Source: Candidatus Heimdallarchaeota archaeon B3_Heim
Lineage (GTDB): Archaea; Asgardarchaeota; Heimdallarchaeia; Hodarchaeales; Hodarchaeaceae
Assembly: GCA_003144275.1 (NCBI GenBank)
Contig: NJBF01000038.1
Location: 3,580 to 35,579, forward strand
DNA length: 32,000 bases
Direction: 5' to 3'
Position 1 is the stretch's first letter; every line of letters begins with the position of its first letter. Below are positions 8,945 to 18,351 of the stretch, one piece after another. The notes under the pieces were generated by a model that was given only the letters and a program-made list of their open reading frames with translations, made no database searches and was not told where the DNA came from. Both the position numbers and the translations under genes were made by a program.

Positions 8945-10059
8945 CTACCCTTTTTCTATTTTCATTCCTTCACTCGAAAATTCGATATCAATGGGCATTA
9001 TCCCATTTTTTATCCATTCCTTGACAATTAATGCTGCATTAATTGCATTGAAACATACTCCTACACTGCAGTCTCCACCCCCTGCGCCTGAAAATTTTGC
9101 CACTGCTCCATATTTTGATGCTGTATGACTCATAATTTGATGGGCTTCAATTTCTAGGTGACAGGAGCAGGCGAAACTTAATTCTTCTAATAAAATTCTA
9201 TTTTGGTCGAGTAATTTCAGGATAGCTACTTGGTTCTTGGATTGGATGGCTTCAATTAATTTTTCAGTCACATCCGCAATTCTAGAGATAATAGTATAAT
9301 AACTATCAGGATCTTTTTGCTTATACAGTTTCATTTCTTGGACTAATTTCTTTGTAGAAGCACTCGTGCCAGTAAATCCTACCATCATAACAAGATCGGC
9401 TGGTAAATTAATTGGGATGCATTGTAATAGAGGCCATTCTTCATTAACTAAATTACTCTGAGAGTCAGTTGATATCTTTTGTTGTAACCATTCAGGATCA
9501 AACTTTCTGTAAATAAGTGCTCCTCCGAAAGTGGATGCAGCGACATCAAACCCAGATCCGAGTTTTCCTTGCCCCAAGTAATGCGAGATTATACTCAGTT
9601 TAAATATTGCTTCTTTATCCTGTTGTGTGAATGAAGAGTTCGAATGGTATTGAATTACAGCACCAATAATTGCTACTACTGCCGCCGCGCTACTCCCGAA
9701 TCCTACCTTCATTTCTTTTCCTGTTTCCTCATTTTTAACCGAGCTGATATCACCCCAGGTTTTCAAGTGGAACGGTTGTATCGGGATGTTTCTTGCCTCG
9801 AGATACCGTAGCGCAGATTCGATGGCATACTTAGTAAATATAACTCTTGTATCTTCACTATCAATGGAAAGAGTCCCCCCAGAGTAGAAACATTTCGAGG
9901 ATAAATTGAAATCATTCAGACGGATTGAAATATGGTCATCAGGTTGAATTGCAGAAAAACTCTCTGTTGAACTGCAAGGACTATACATCTAACATTTTTC
10001 TCTAGGATACTCCATTCACCCGAGAGCATTAATTTTCCAGGAGCCGAAACTACAATCAT
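8945..10059 (-). CDS. mvaK2: Phosphomevalonate kinase (GHMP family), apparent 1-nt frameshift at 9955-9959
   Basis: The real N-terminus MIVVSAPGKLMLSGEWSILE starts at ATG 10059 in a different frame from the 8945..9988 ORF, which carries KVGFGSSAA, GSGFDVAASTFGG and KFSGAGGGDC. One extra T in the T5 run joins them colinearly into 371 aa. Confidence 0.85.
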
Positions 10060-10080
10060 CTAACAACCTCATTTACTCTG

Positions 10081-11073
10081 TCAAAATAAGTGATCCTCGG
10101 TTAATCTTGCCTCTTTACCTGGATGGCAAATAATTATATCTTTAACTAAATTTATTTCTGTTACCCTAGATTTTATTGTTTCTATATCTTTTTGTTGACA
10201 GAGAATTTTCACCTGTGGTCCTGCATCCATAGTGAAGTAGCATTCAATTCCCTCTTCTCGGAGTTTCAGTACCTCTTTCATAATAGACAATGATCCTGCT
10301 TCCCAATAAATAATAGGAGGAGTTGTTGTCTGCATGGTTGCGTGCATTTTAATAGCATTTAATTCAGCGATCTTTCCTAATTGAATAAAATCCTTTTCTG
10401 AGATTGCTTGTTTCATTTTCTCCACATCAGATTCAATCGTGTCTAACCATGCACTATAAAATGGAGAATTCTTCACCGTTTGACTCATTCCTGCACGGGA
10501 GGAGACTTTTTTCTCTTCACTTGAGATAATTGTTACAATCATAGATAATTCTGGCCAATGAGCTTCTTTCTCTATTTGGAGTGCATAGCTATCTGAGCCA
10601 TCTGACATGGAACCTTTGGTCCACTCCACAAAGCCTCCTAGAATACTTCTGGAAGCGCTTCCACTCCCTCGTCTTGCAAGAATGCTTAAATCTTTCACGG
10701 TGAAATCTTGACCTAAGGCTTTTGTCCCTGTTAAAGTGAGAGCTGCAAAACCAGAGGCCGAACTAGCTAATCCAGCTTTCTTAGGAAAATTACTTTCACT
10801 CATAACCTTAGCAAATATCTTGTGGGGGGATGATTTTTGTAATAGCTCCAGATGATTCGCTACTCTAGCCAACTCTTCACCTTTTACTACCTTTCTATTG
10901 ATGGTTACCTCGTACTCTGATAAAGTTTTATTAAATTCAACTGTTGTCTTAGTATTAAGATTATTCAATGTCATTGAAACACTCGAATTATAAGGTAAAA
11001 TTAAATCGGAGTTTCTTTTTCCCCAGTACTTTACTAATGCAATATTGGAATTTGCAATTGCAGTTGTTTTCAT
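10081..11073 (-). CDS. mvaD: Diphosphomevalonate decarboxylase (MvaD family)
   Basis: NIALVKYWGKR, AGLASSASGFAAL, RRGSGSASRS and FTMDAGPQVK motifs; start placed at MKTTA. Confidence 0.93.
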   Translation of the reverse strand: MKTTAIANSNIALVKYWGKRNSDLILPYNSSVSMTLNNLNTKTTVEFNKTLSEYEVTINRKVVKGEELARVANHLELLQKSSPHKIFAKVMSESNFPKKAGLASSASGFAALTLTGTKALGQDFTVKDLSILARRGSGSASRSILGGFVEWTKGSMSDGSDSYALQIEKEAHWPELSMIVTIISSEEKKVSSRAGMSQTVKNSPFYSAWLDTIESDVEKMKQAISEKDFIQLGKIAELNAIKMHATMQTTTPPIIYWEAGSLSIMKEVLKLREEGIECYFTMDAGPQVKILCQQKDIETIKSRVTEINLVKDIIICHPGKEARLTEDHLF

Positions 11074-11207
11074 TAGCATCATAACCATAAAGAATGTGTA
11101 GAACAAAGATTAATTAGTCAATCTATGTTAAAATGATTTATTCATAATGAAGTTATTTCCGTAGTAGTATTCTATTAAATGTAAGAATTTCTAGTGTTTA
11201 TTCTGTA

Positions 11208-11801
11208 TTGGAGAATGTATTCTTGAAATCTAAAAAAATTATTGTCGCTTTAACAGGTGCTTCTGGAATAGATTATGGAATTGAAGCAATTAGGGCTCTA
11301 TCATCTCATGATGTCGAAACTCACGTCATTATTAGTAAGTGGGCGAAGCAAGTGATCGAAAAAGAATCATTTAACACATTAGATGATTTTCAAAAGTTAC
11401 CTGATTACATGTATAAAGAGAATGATATGAGTGCAGCAATTTCCAGTAGTTCTACGATACTTGATGGTATGGTTGTGATTCCAGCCACTGTTAAGACTGT
11501 TAGCAATATTGCAACAGCTAATACTGGAAACTTAATTTCTCGAGCAGCAGATAATATGTTAAAAATGAAAAAACCACTAATTATCGGTATTCGAGAAACT
11601 CCGTTAAGTCCTGGATGTCTACACAATCTAAATCAGCTTTCCTTGTATGGTGCGATCGTTCTACCTTTGAGTCCTGGATTCTATCACCGTCCTAAATCTA
11701 TACAGGATTTATTCGATTTTATTTCGGGAAAGATATTGGATTGTTTCAATATACCCAATGATAAATATACACGATGGAATAGTGTCATACAATCAGAGTA
11801 A
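11208..11801 (+). CDS. ubiX: Flavin prenyltransferase UbiX
   Basis: IVALTGASG, LISRAAD, RETP, PGFYHRP and terminal RW motifs. Confidence 0.9.
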   Translation: MENVFLKSKKIIVALTGASGIDYGIEAIRALSSHDVETHVIISKWAKQVIEKESFNTLDDFQKLPDYMYKENDMSAAISSSSTILDGMVVIPATVKTVSNIATANTGNLISRAADNMLKMKKPLIIGIRETPLSPGCLHNLNQLSLYGAIVLPLSPGFYHRPKSIQDLFDFISGKILDCFNIPNDKYTRWNSVIQSE

Positions 11802-11843
11802 CCATTATATTTGACAAGATAACCATCAAGAAGTGTACCACAA

Positions 11844-12980
11844 ATGGAATCTAAGACCTCACCTCACGAAATTGATGAGAAAAAAGAAACAACAATTACT
11901 TCTGAACGAAAACTTGCCCATTTACAGATTTGTCTTGAAAATGATGTTCAAGGCCGTAATATCACCACAGGCTTGGAAGATATTTCCTTTGTGCATCACG
12001 CGACTACTGATCTCAATATGGAGGATATAAATTTATCAATAGAGATTTTCGGGAAAAAATTACGATTTCCAATAATTATTTCGGGAATGACTGGCGGTCA
12101 TGCCTTTTCCCAGCAGTTAAATGATTATCTATCTCAAGTAGCAGAAAAAACACAGATAGGTATGGGTGTTGGAAGTCAACGGGCTGCCTTGGAAGATGCT
12201 CAAGCACGTGAGTCGTTTGAAATTGTAAAAAATAATGCCCCTACAACCCTTAAGATTGGAAATATAGGTGCAGGACAAATAGTAGATGGTTTAACGTCCC
12301 CGGACTTGAAAGACATTGTTTCTATGATAAATGCGGATGCAGTAGCATTCCATTTTAATCCATTACAGGAATCTATTCAACCTGAAGGTGATACAAACCT
12401 TCATGGACTGATAGATCGAGTTTCACAACTGATCGATGTATCCCCGACTCCGATCATTGCGAAAGAGGTAGGTTCAGGGTTTAGTCGGTTTGATATTGAT
12501 CGTATAGAGAAATCAGGGTTTGCAGGAATTGATATTCAAGGAGCAGGGGGTACCTCATGGGCTGGTGTCGAATCTATCAGAGCAGAAGTTCCAAAATATA
12601 AAAAAACAGGGGAAATATTTTGGGATTGGGGATTACCTACAGCTATTAGCACCATTTTTGCAAAGGAATCATTTAATGGACATATTATAGGATCAGGAGG
12701 CGTCAGAAACGGATTGGAAGTTGCTAAACTACTCGCACTCGGAGTAGATGCAGCAGGGATGGCCATTCCATTCCTATTTGCTGCACAGGATCATTCAATA
12801 GAAAAATCCCTAAAATATATCGAAGAAATCGCATATCAAATTCGCCTTGCCTGTTTTTTAACAGGATCCCAAAGCATTGAAGAATTAAAATCCGTTCCTC
12901 TTATCATCTCTGGAAAAACAGCTGATTTGCTAAGAGCTTTTGGAATTGACCCAAGAGAGTACTTTTCTCGACCAAATTAA
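11844..12980 (+). CDS. fni: Type 2 isopentenyl-diphosphate isomerase (IDI-2)
   Basis: RKLAHL, ISGMTGG, GVGSQRAA, HFNPLQESIQPEGD, KEVGSG and GAGGTSW motifs. Confidence 0.96.
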   Translation: MESKTSPHEIDEKKETTITSERKLAHLQICLENDVQGRNITTGLEDISFVHHATTDLNMEDINLSIEIFGKKLRFPIIISGMTGGHAFSQQLNDYLSQVAEKTQIGMGVGSQRAALEDAQARESFEIVKNNAPTTLKIGNIGAGQIVDGLTSPDLKDIVSMINADAVAFHFNPLQESIQPEGDTNLHGLIDRVSQLIDVSPTPIIAKEVGSGFSRFDIDRIEKSGFAGIDIQGAGGTSWAGVESIRAEVPKYKKTGEIFWDWGLPTAISTIFAKESFNGHIIGSGGVRNGLEVAKLLALGVDAAGMAIPFLFAAQDHSIEKSLKYIEEIAYQIRLACFLTGSQSIEELKSVPLIISGKTADLLRAFGIDPREYFSRPN

Positions 12981-13182
12981 ATAGAAAATTAAATAGAAAT
13001 TGGGGTAAAGTCGATTTACGAATAAAACTTCAGCTAAAACTTTTTATTTATGAATTTAGGCTGATTCATTTGCCCGACCAAGGATTGGGTTGAAATTAAA
13101 CCAAAATCCGAGAACTTCTACACCATTTTTTTCAGATGCTGTAGAATTTCTTACGTCCTAGACCCTGGAGGTCGAAATAAAC

Positions 13183-13560
13183 ATGAGTAAACCATTCTAT
13201 GTAAATTATGAACAGCCTGAAGGGCTTGAAAATGATGCTTTAACGGTATTGGAAACTGTTAGTGCTGATCCATCCAATATTCGAAAAGGTACAAATGAAA
13301 CGACAAAAAGTGTCGAACGTGGAGATGCTAAGCTGGTATTCTTAGCATTAGATGTAGATCCACCTGAAATTGTAGCACATATTCCCCTCCTATGCAAAGA
13401 TAAGAAAATTCCATACATGTTTGTAACAACTAAAGAGATATTGGGAAATGCTTGTAATCTTGGTGTAAAAACAGCCAGCTGTTCAATTGTCAATGAAGGC
13501 GAAGTAAAAGCCAAAATCGATAATCTTGCAGCCCGAATTAAGGAGCTAGCTGGAATTTAA
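13183..13560 (+). CDS. rpl7ae: 50S ribosomal protein L7Ae
   Basis: IRKGTNETTKSVERG, DVDPPEIVAHIPLLC; GGAGG RBS. Confidence 0.97.
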   Translation: MSKPFYVNYEQPEGLENDALTVLETVSADPSNIRKGTNETTKSVERGDAKLVFLALDVDPPEIVAHIPLLCKDKKIPYMFVTTKEILGNACNLGVKTASCSIVNEGEVKAKIDNLAARIKELAGI

Positions 13561-13573
13561 GAGGCCTGCATGA

Positions 13574-13789
13574 ATGAGTGAGGATAATATCAGTATTCCA
13601 GCTGAAGTACTGCAGATAATTGGCCGTACAGGCGTAACAGGAGAAATCACTCAAGTTCGTGTACGAGTCTTAGAGGGCCGCGACCGTGGCCGTATTATCG
13701 TACGCAATGTAAAGGGACCTGTACGAAAAGGCGATACACTCCTCTTAAGAGAAACAGAAAGAGAAGCGCGGAATTTAAAGCGCCCGTAA
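13574..13789 (+). CDS. rps28e: 30S ribosomal protein S28e
   Basis: [12 protein letters not shown]...[20 protein letters not shown]. Confidence 0.97.
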   Translation: MSEDNISIPAEVLQIIGRTGVTGEITQVRVRVLEGRDRGRIIVRNVKGPVRKGDTLLLRETEREARNLKRP

Positions 13790-13808
13790 AAAAAAGAAGG
13801 TAGATTAT

Positions 13809-14009
13809 ATGGTACGTTTATTTGATTGTGCATATTGCGCAAATAAAATAGAGCCAGGAACAGGCATGTCCTTTGTTCGAAAGAATGGACAACTGGTTCG
13901 TTTTTGTAGTCGGAAATGTCAACGTTCATTATTGGACTTCAAACGTGACCCTCGGAAGTTTAAATGGACTAAGAAATACGTTCCGAAGATCAAAGTTAAG
14001 GCTAAGTGA
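13809..14009 (+). CDS. rpl24e: 50S ribosomal protein L24e
   Basis: CAYC..IEPGTG..VRKNG...FCSRKC...PRKFKWT; canonical L7Ae-S28e-L24e order. Confidence 0.96.
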   Translation: MVRLFDCAYCANKIEPGTGMSFVRKNGQLVRFCSRKCQRSLLDFKRDPRKFKWTKKYVPKIKVKAK

Positions 14010-14106
14010 GTAATGATATCATTCCTTTCCTAACTTTCTGCAAAACAATCTAAAAAAGGTGTAAAATTCGGCTGTAAATCTATGCCGAATATCTCATTTT
14101 ATTTTT

Positions 14107-14859
14107 TTACTCTTCGGAAGGTGGATCCTCTTCTTTCGCTGGATCTTCTTCGGTTGGTTCTTCTTTTTTCTGATAATCGAAAACATCTTGGAATTTGACA
14201 ACTTCAAACTCTAGAAACTCATGAAGATCCGTTCCCAATGTATATTTTGCTATTGCTAATCCTTCCATGAATATTAAGTAATTTGGTAGAGAAATTACGA
14301 CAGTTTTTGGTTCTTCTGAAGTCTCGATGGTGATCTCCTCAAGATTAACACCAGGTAGACGACGAGAGATAATCTCTTTCTGAATATCTTCGACTTCAGC
14401 CAGCTGTTCGATTATTGTCACATCAAAAACTAAGTCTTTACCTGCAAGCGGATGATTATAATCAATTCTTGTCCGTCCTCCACCTGCCCAGATGATAGTA
14501 CCATTTCTACCTGCTAGTTGAACACGATTTCCTACTCGTGGATCAAGATTCGCTTTTCTTAGTTTTTTGGTAGGTACCATTTCAATTTTACTTGCGTCTC
14601 TGTCACCATAAGCATCTTTTACAGGGATTTCAATTTTAAGAGGTTTATCAAGCTCCATTCCTACTAATTGCCGTGCTAATCCAGGGATTAGAAATTTTTC
14701 ATCCCCTGCTCGACACAGAAGTGGGTTGTAACCTCTTTTTTCATCAAAGACTTGTTCTTTGCGTGCGACTTCCTCAAGAGTTGTATCAAAAATTTTCGAA
14801 TTTTCCTTCAAACGGCCAGTATAATTAATTTTAATCCAATCATTCTCTAATATAGGCAT
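14107..14859 (-). CDS. slyD: FKBP-type peptidyl-prolyl isomerase (archaeal SlyD-like)
   Basis: INYTGR...IFDTT, IPGL, AYGDRD, IDYNHPLAGKDLVFDV motifs; acidic C-terminal tail. Confidence 0.92.
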   Translation of the reverse strand: MPILENDWIKINYTGRLKENSKIFDTTLEEVARKEQVFDEKRGYNPLLCRAGDEKFLIPGLARQLVGMELDKPLKIEIPVKDAYGDRDASKIEMVPTKKLRKANLDPRVGNRVQLAGRNGTIIWAGGGRTRIDYNHPLAGKDLVFDVTIIEQLAEVEDIQKEIISRRLPGVNLEEITIETSEEPKTVVISLPNYLIFMEGLAIAKYTLGTDLHEFLEFEVVKFQDVFDYQKKEEPTEEDPAKEEDPPSEE

Positions 14860-14879
14860 GAATTTCCCTCTGGGGATTT

Positions 14880-15362
14880 TTACGAGTTTGAGTTCTCTAT
14901 TCTATCAGCAGTAATAAGTTTTAGTTGATAACCATGAGGACACTCCATCGTATCCTTTGTAATTTCAAGAATCCGTAACTTTTCTCCTTCGGGTAAAAAA
15001 GAGGGACGGCAATGATAATAATAATTGGGACACTCTATAATGTCGCATTCTCTTGGAGTGAAAGTTATCGTAGCTCCTTCTATTGCTAGTTTAGCCCCGG
15101 TACTCACTTGATACGAGGGATCAAAAATTTCAACAGTTTTTACTCCCTCATCAAACACATTACAGACATGAATAGTCTCTTTAACATTCTGGACCTCATA
15201 TACCCTACCTTTCTCGAGTTTCAAACATGCTCCACGGAGACGACAATCTGAGCATCCTTCGGTTTCACCAACAAAAATAAATTTATTTCCTGGTTTAGAT
15301 TGTTTAACACCAAGTAACGTAATTTTTAATGGTTTATCTGAAGTCATATGGCGAACACTCAA
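14880..15362 (-). CDS. UPF0179 family protein
   Basis: ITLLG...G..FIFVG....C..C.L...C..LE.GR.Y pattern of archaeal UPF0179. Confidence 0.8.
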   Translation of the reverse strand: MSVRHMTSDKPLKITLLGVKQSKPGNKFIFVGETEGCSDCRLRGACLKLEKGRVYEVQNVKETIHVCNVFDEGVKTVEIFDPSYQVSTGAKLAIEGATITFTPRECDIIECPNYYYHCRPSFLPEGEKLRILEITKDTMECPHGYQLKLITADRIENSNS

Positions 15363-15473
15363 GAAATGGTCAATATTCAGGGAATTTAAGGCTAAATAGG
15401 TATTATTATCAGTTAAACATATTTGTTTCTAAACGGATTTTGTTTCATTAAGCAGAATTGTATAGCTTATGAG

Positions 15474-16022
15474 TTAGAAATACTCTTTTTCAACTTGAGC
15501 TACTTCATCAGAGTTTGTGCAAGATAGGTAATCTGTAAGAAGATTTTGATTTAGCAATAAGAATTGATTTCCCCATTTAAAATACGATAGAATCTTTTCT
15601 GCTAATTCAGGTGAAGCTAGTATGTATAATGAAGCTGCTAGTGCCTCTACACTGCTTAATTTGGCCTGTTTCCCATAATTAACGGGATTCGCAGCAATTA
15701 AACGTGGCAGTGATCGTGAGTTTGGAAAAGTCCGTGAAAAAATATCCTCTGCCTGATTCCATGAGCAGTCAAGTACAGTTATTCCGAATCGGTGATATAG
15801 TGACTGATCAGAAATGGTCAACTTTGTCTTTGAAAGGGGATTGAGAATAATAGAGAATCTTGGGATTTGTGCAATTCGTGATACTAAGCGCAAACTTTCG
15901 ATAAATGGAAGTTTGTTTTGTTTGTAGAGTTGCCAGGTTTTGATTCCAGTACATTTCCGTCGATCACATTGATTTGCATAATAGAGTGTAATCAAATTCC
16001 TAGAAGCAATATCACTTCTCAT
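15474..16022 (-). CDS. tsr3: rRNA aminocarboxypropyltransferase Tsr3
   Basis: QCDRRKCTG, LDCSW, RSLPRLIAANPVNYGK, KLSSVEALAA, FKWG..FL.LN; start placed at ATG 16022, overlapping the ABCE1 stop. Confidence 0.93.
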   Translation of the reverse strand: MRSDIASRNLITLYYANQCDRRKCTGIKTWQLYKQNKLPFIESLRLVSRIAQIPRFSIILNPLSKTKLTISDQSLYHRFGITVLDCSWNQAEDIFSRTFPNSRSLPRLIAANPVNYGKQAKLSSVEALAASLYILASPELAEKILSYFKWGNQFLLLNQNLLTDYLSCTNSDEVAQVEKEYF

Positions 16023-17850
16023 AATAATACTCGCCCTGGCTCTTCTGTTCTCGGTCGAGTTTTGAATCAAATTTATTAACTCGGGGACGACCTGTTTTCG
16101 GATCTCTTCTAAAAGTAATTTTTAAATTCCCCAAAAATCGATTCATCCCTTTTCTTACAGCAGAAGGAGCATATGCTCGTCCATACTCACCGGGTGAACC
16201 AAGAAAGACAATAATTCGATCAGAAACGTAATCTTGGGTCACAATATCATGTTCAACTATGAATGCTGAGGCATGATGAGATTGAATCATCCTTCTAATC
16301 AATTTTGCAGCATTTAGCCTATCTTCAATAGAGAGAAATGCTGAAGGTTCATCAAAAAGGTACAAATCTGCAGATTGAGCTAAAGTTTCCACTATTGCCA
16401 CTTTCTGTTTTTCTCCCCCACTTAAATAACGAACTGGTTGATCAAGAAGGTCTTCAAGTCCGAAAGCTCTAATATTTTCACTTTTAAACTGTGGAGTAGC
16501 AACAATTGAACCCCCCTTCTTAAGCAAATATGTTTCTACTGATAGATCCGAGTCTAAAGAAATATATTGGGGTTTATAGGCAACTCGTAAAACAGAATCC
16601 TCTACATCTTCACTACTATCTACTGGTACACTCCCCACCAATTTTTGTTTTTCCACAATACCTGTAGAGGGTTTTTCTAGTCCTGCCAACATTTTAATAA
16701 ATGTCGTCTTCCCAATTCCATTAGGTCCGAGAATTCCTATTATCTCATTTTGATGAATTGTGCCTCCTCTGACATCAAGGGAGAATTCACTTTCGTTAAA
16801 CTTTTTTGAGAGATCTTCATAGGATAAAAGGGGAGCAGCATCAAGTTGGGCGGTACGATCTGAAGATTTTTTGATTTTTATTGAATAATTACGAAACCGC
16901 ATATTTTCTGAAGGAATAAATCCATCCAAGAAAACGTTAATACCTTCTTTTTCAGAATATGGTAGTGAGCAAATACCATACGATGCGGGGATCCCATAAA
17001 ACATAGTGATATAATCAGAAAGGTAATCTAATACAGCAAGATCGTGTTCCACAACAATTACAGTCTTATTATCATCAATCAAATTTCGAATGACTCTTCC
17101 CGTACGTAATCGTTCATTTATGTCAAGGAATGACGAGGGTTCATCAAAAAGATAGATATCTGCTTCTCGAGTTATTGCCACTGCAATAGCAACCTTCTGC
17201 AATTCCCCCCCAGATAAAATCGCAATTTCTCGATCCCAAATTTTTTCCAGTGCTAAATCCTCCTTAAGCTCATTTAGCACTTGTCTTTCATCAAATTGAG
17301 TTAAAACTTCTTTTACAGACCCCTTCACTTGTTTGGGAATGTTTTCAATGGTTTGAGGTTTTCTGATGCATTTTATTTCTTTGTCCATCATACGTTGGAA
17401 GAAATTTTGAAGTTCTGTGCCCTTGTAAAACTCTTTTACGGTCTCCCAATTAGGGTCTTTGTCTTGTTGCCCAAAATTGGGAATTATATCCCCTGAGAGA
17501 ATTTTTAATGCCGTTGATTTTCCTATACCATTCTGACCGACAAATCCATTCACTTTATTAGGTTTAATTATGGGTAGACGGAAAAGTGTAAATCCATTTC
17601 TGCCAAATCGTTGTGTTAGATCCTTATCAAGTTTTTCCGGAGTATTGATTATCGTAAGCGCATGAAATCGGCACGTGCGTGCACAGATACCACAACCTGT
17701 ACAGAATTGTTCATGGATGATCGGTTGTGAAATATCTGTTGGGAATTCAAACATTTCAGTTCCAGAACGAACAACAGGGCACGAACCCCGACATTCTTTA
17801 ACGCAACGCTTTGGTTTGCATTTATCGGTATTAAGAACTACAATTCGCAT
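16012..17850 (-). CDS. rli: Ribosome recycling ATPase ABCE1/Rli1
   Basis: N-terminal Fe-S Cys clusters (CKPKRC...C, CTGCGIC), two Walker A motifs (GQNGIGKS, GPNGIGKT), LSGGE signatures, C-terminal FRRDPKTGRPRVNK. Confidence 0.97.
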   Translation of the reverse strand: MRIVVLNTDKCKPKRCVKECRGSCPVVRSGTEMFEFPTDISQPIIHEQFCTGCGICARTCRFHALTIINTPEKLDKDLTQRFGRNGFTLFRLPIIKPNKVNGFVGQNGIGKSTALKILSGDIIPNFGQQDKDPNWETVKEFYKGTELQNFFQRMMDKEIKCIRKPQTIENIPKQVKGSVKEVLTQFDERQVLNELKEDLALEKIWDREIAILSGGELQKVAIAVAITREADIYLFDEPSSFLDINERLRTGRVIRNLIDDNKTVIVVEHDLAVLDYLSDYITMFYGIPASYGICSLPYSEKEGINVFLDGFIPSENMRFRNYSIKIKKSSDRTAQLDAAPLLSYEDLSKKFNESEFSLDVRGGTIHQNEIIGILGPNGIGKTTFIKMLAGLEKPSTGIVEKQKLVGSVPVDSSEDVEDSVLRVAYKPQYISLDSDLSVETYLLKKGGSIVATPQFKSENIRAFGLEDLLDQPVRYLSGGEKQKVAIVETLAQSADLYLFDEPSAFLSIEDRLNAAKLIRRMIQSHHASAFIVEHDIVTQDYVSDRIIVFLGSPGEYGRAYAPSAVRKGMNRFLGNLKITFRRDPKTGRPRVNKFDSKLDREQKSQGEYYYEK

Positions 17851-17935
17851 AGTTGGTGAAAGCTCCCTGAAGCTAACGAGCAATTCGTCTTTCTACTTCT
17901 ATATTAAAGTACTTTAGGTAAAACGTGAGAAGAAA

Positions 17936-18311
17936 GTGAGCATCGCTCCAATGAGTAATCCAGCTTCTGTTCACCTAAATAAGTCACCTAATTTAGGTTC
18001 CTGACATCAACCTAAGCGCAACTCTCCTAGATCTTGTGAAAGATCAAATGCTCTGCTTGCATTCACCGAGGGTGTTCGTCTCATCGATTCCTTATTCGTC
18101 CTCAAGAGCTTAAATAATCGTGTGTTACCACAGACTTCACTCTATCATCGCCATCTGAATAAGGGCGTGTCGTTTCTGTAACAGAGCCCAACCTCTCGAT
18201 TGACAAAGATTTTTCCAGGAAGGAAAAGCCTCTGTTCGGCATGAAAGAATGGCTGGAATTTCCTCAGATTCTCTATGAAATCCGAAGTCAGGCTGTTGCT
18301 TCGATGCCCAC
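17936..18311 (-). ncRNA. rnpB: RNase P RNA, about 376 nt
   Basis: P1 ends GUGGGCAUCG (18311-18302) / CGAUGCUCAC (17945-17936) pair. P4 halves GAGGAAAUUCCAGC and ACAGAAGCUGGAUUA pair. ACAGAAACG, GAUGAGACG and UGCAAG resemble conserved RNase P elements. Confidence 0.92.
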
Positions 18312-18334
18312 AAAAGTAAATAGAGCAATATAAC

Positions 18335-18348
18335 ATTTAAACTTTTTT
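18335..18348 (-). promoter_or_regulatory. BRE/TATA promoter of the RNase P RNA
   Basis: AAAAAAG-TTTAAAT on the minus strand, with TATA 24-30 nt upstream of the predicted 5' end at 18311. Confidence 0.7.
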
Positions 18349-18351
18349 GCT

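Noticed and set aside
9940-10000. Second intron correcting the PMK frame
   Set aside because: The two frames join colinearly with typical PMK N-termini, leaving no extra sequence to remove, and I found no BHB fold.
11208-11801. UbiX as an inactive variant because ASGS is replaced by SSSS
   Set aside because: Key motifs (SRAAD, RETP, FY, RW) are retained; the divergence looks ordinary.
12981-13182. K-turn autoregulatory leader for L7Ae
   Set aside because: Small hairpins are present (including GACC-CTGGA-GGTC over the RBS), but I could not identify a convincing tandem G-A K-turn.
16590-16675. In-frame ~14-aa insert in ABCE1 flanked by CCTCTACA/TGTAGAGG complementarity, as a possible intron
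   Set aside because: The spacing does not give a bulge-helix-bulge, there is no stop codon, and this loop is length-variable in the family.
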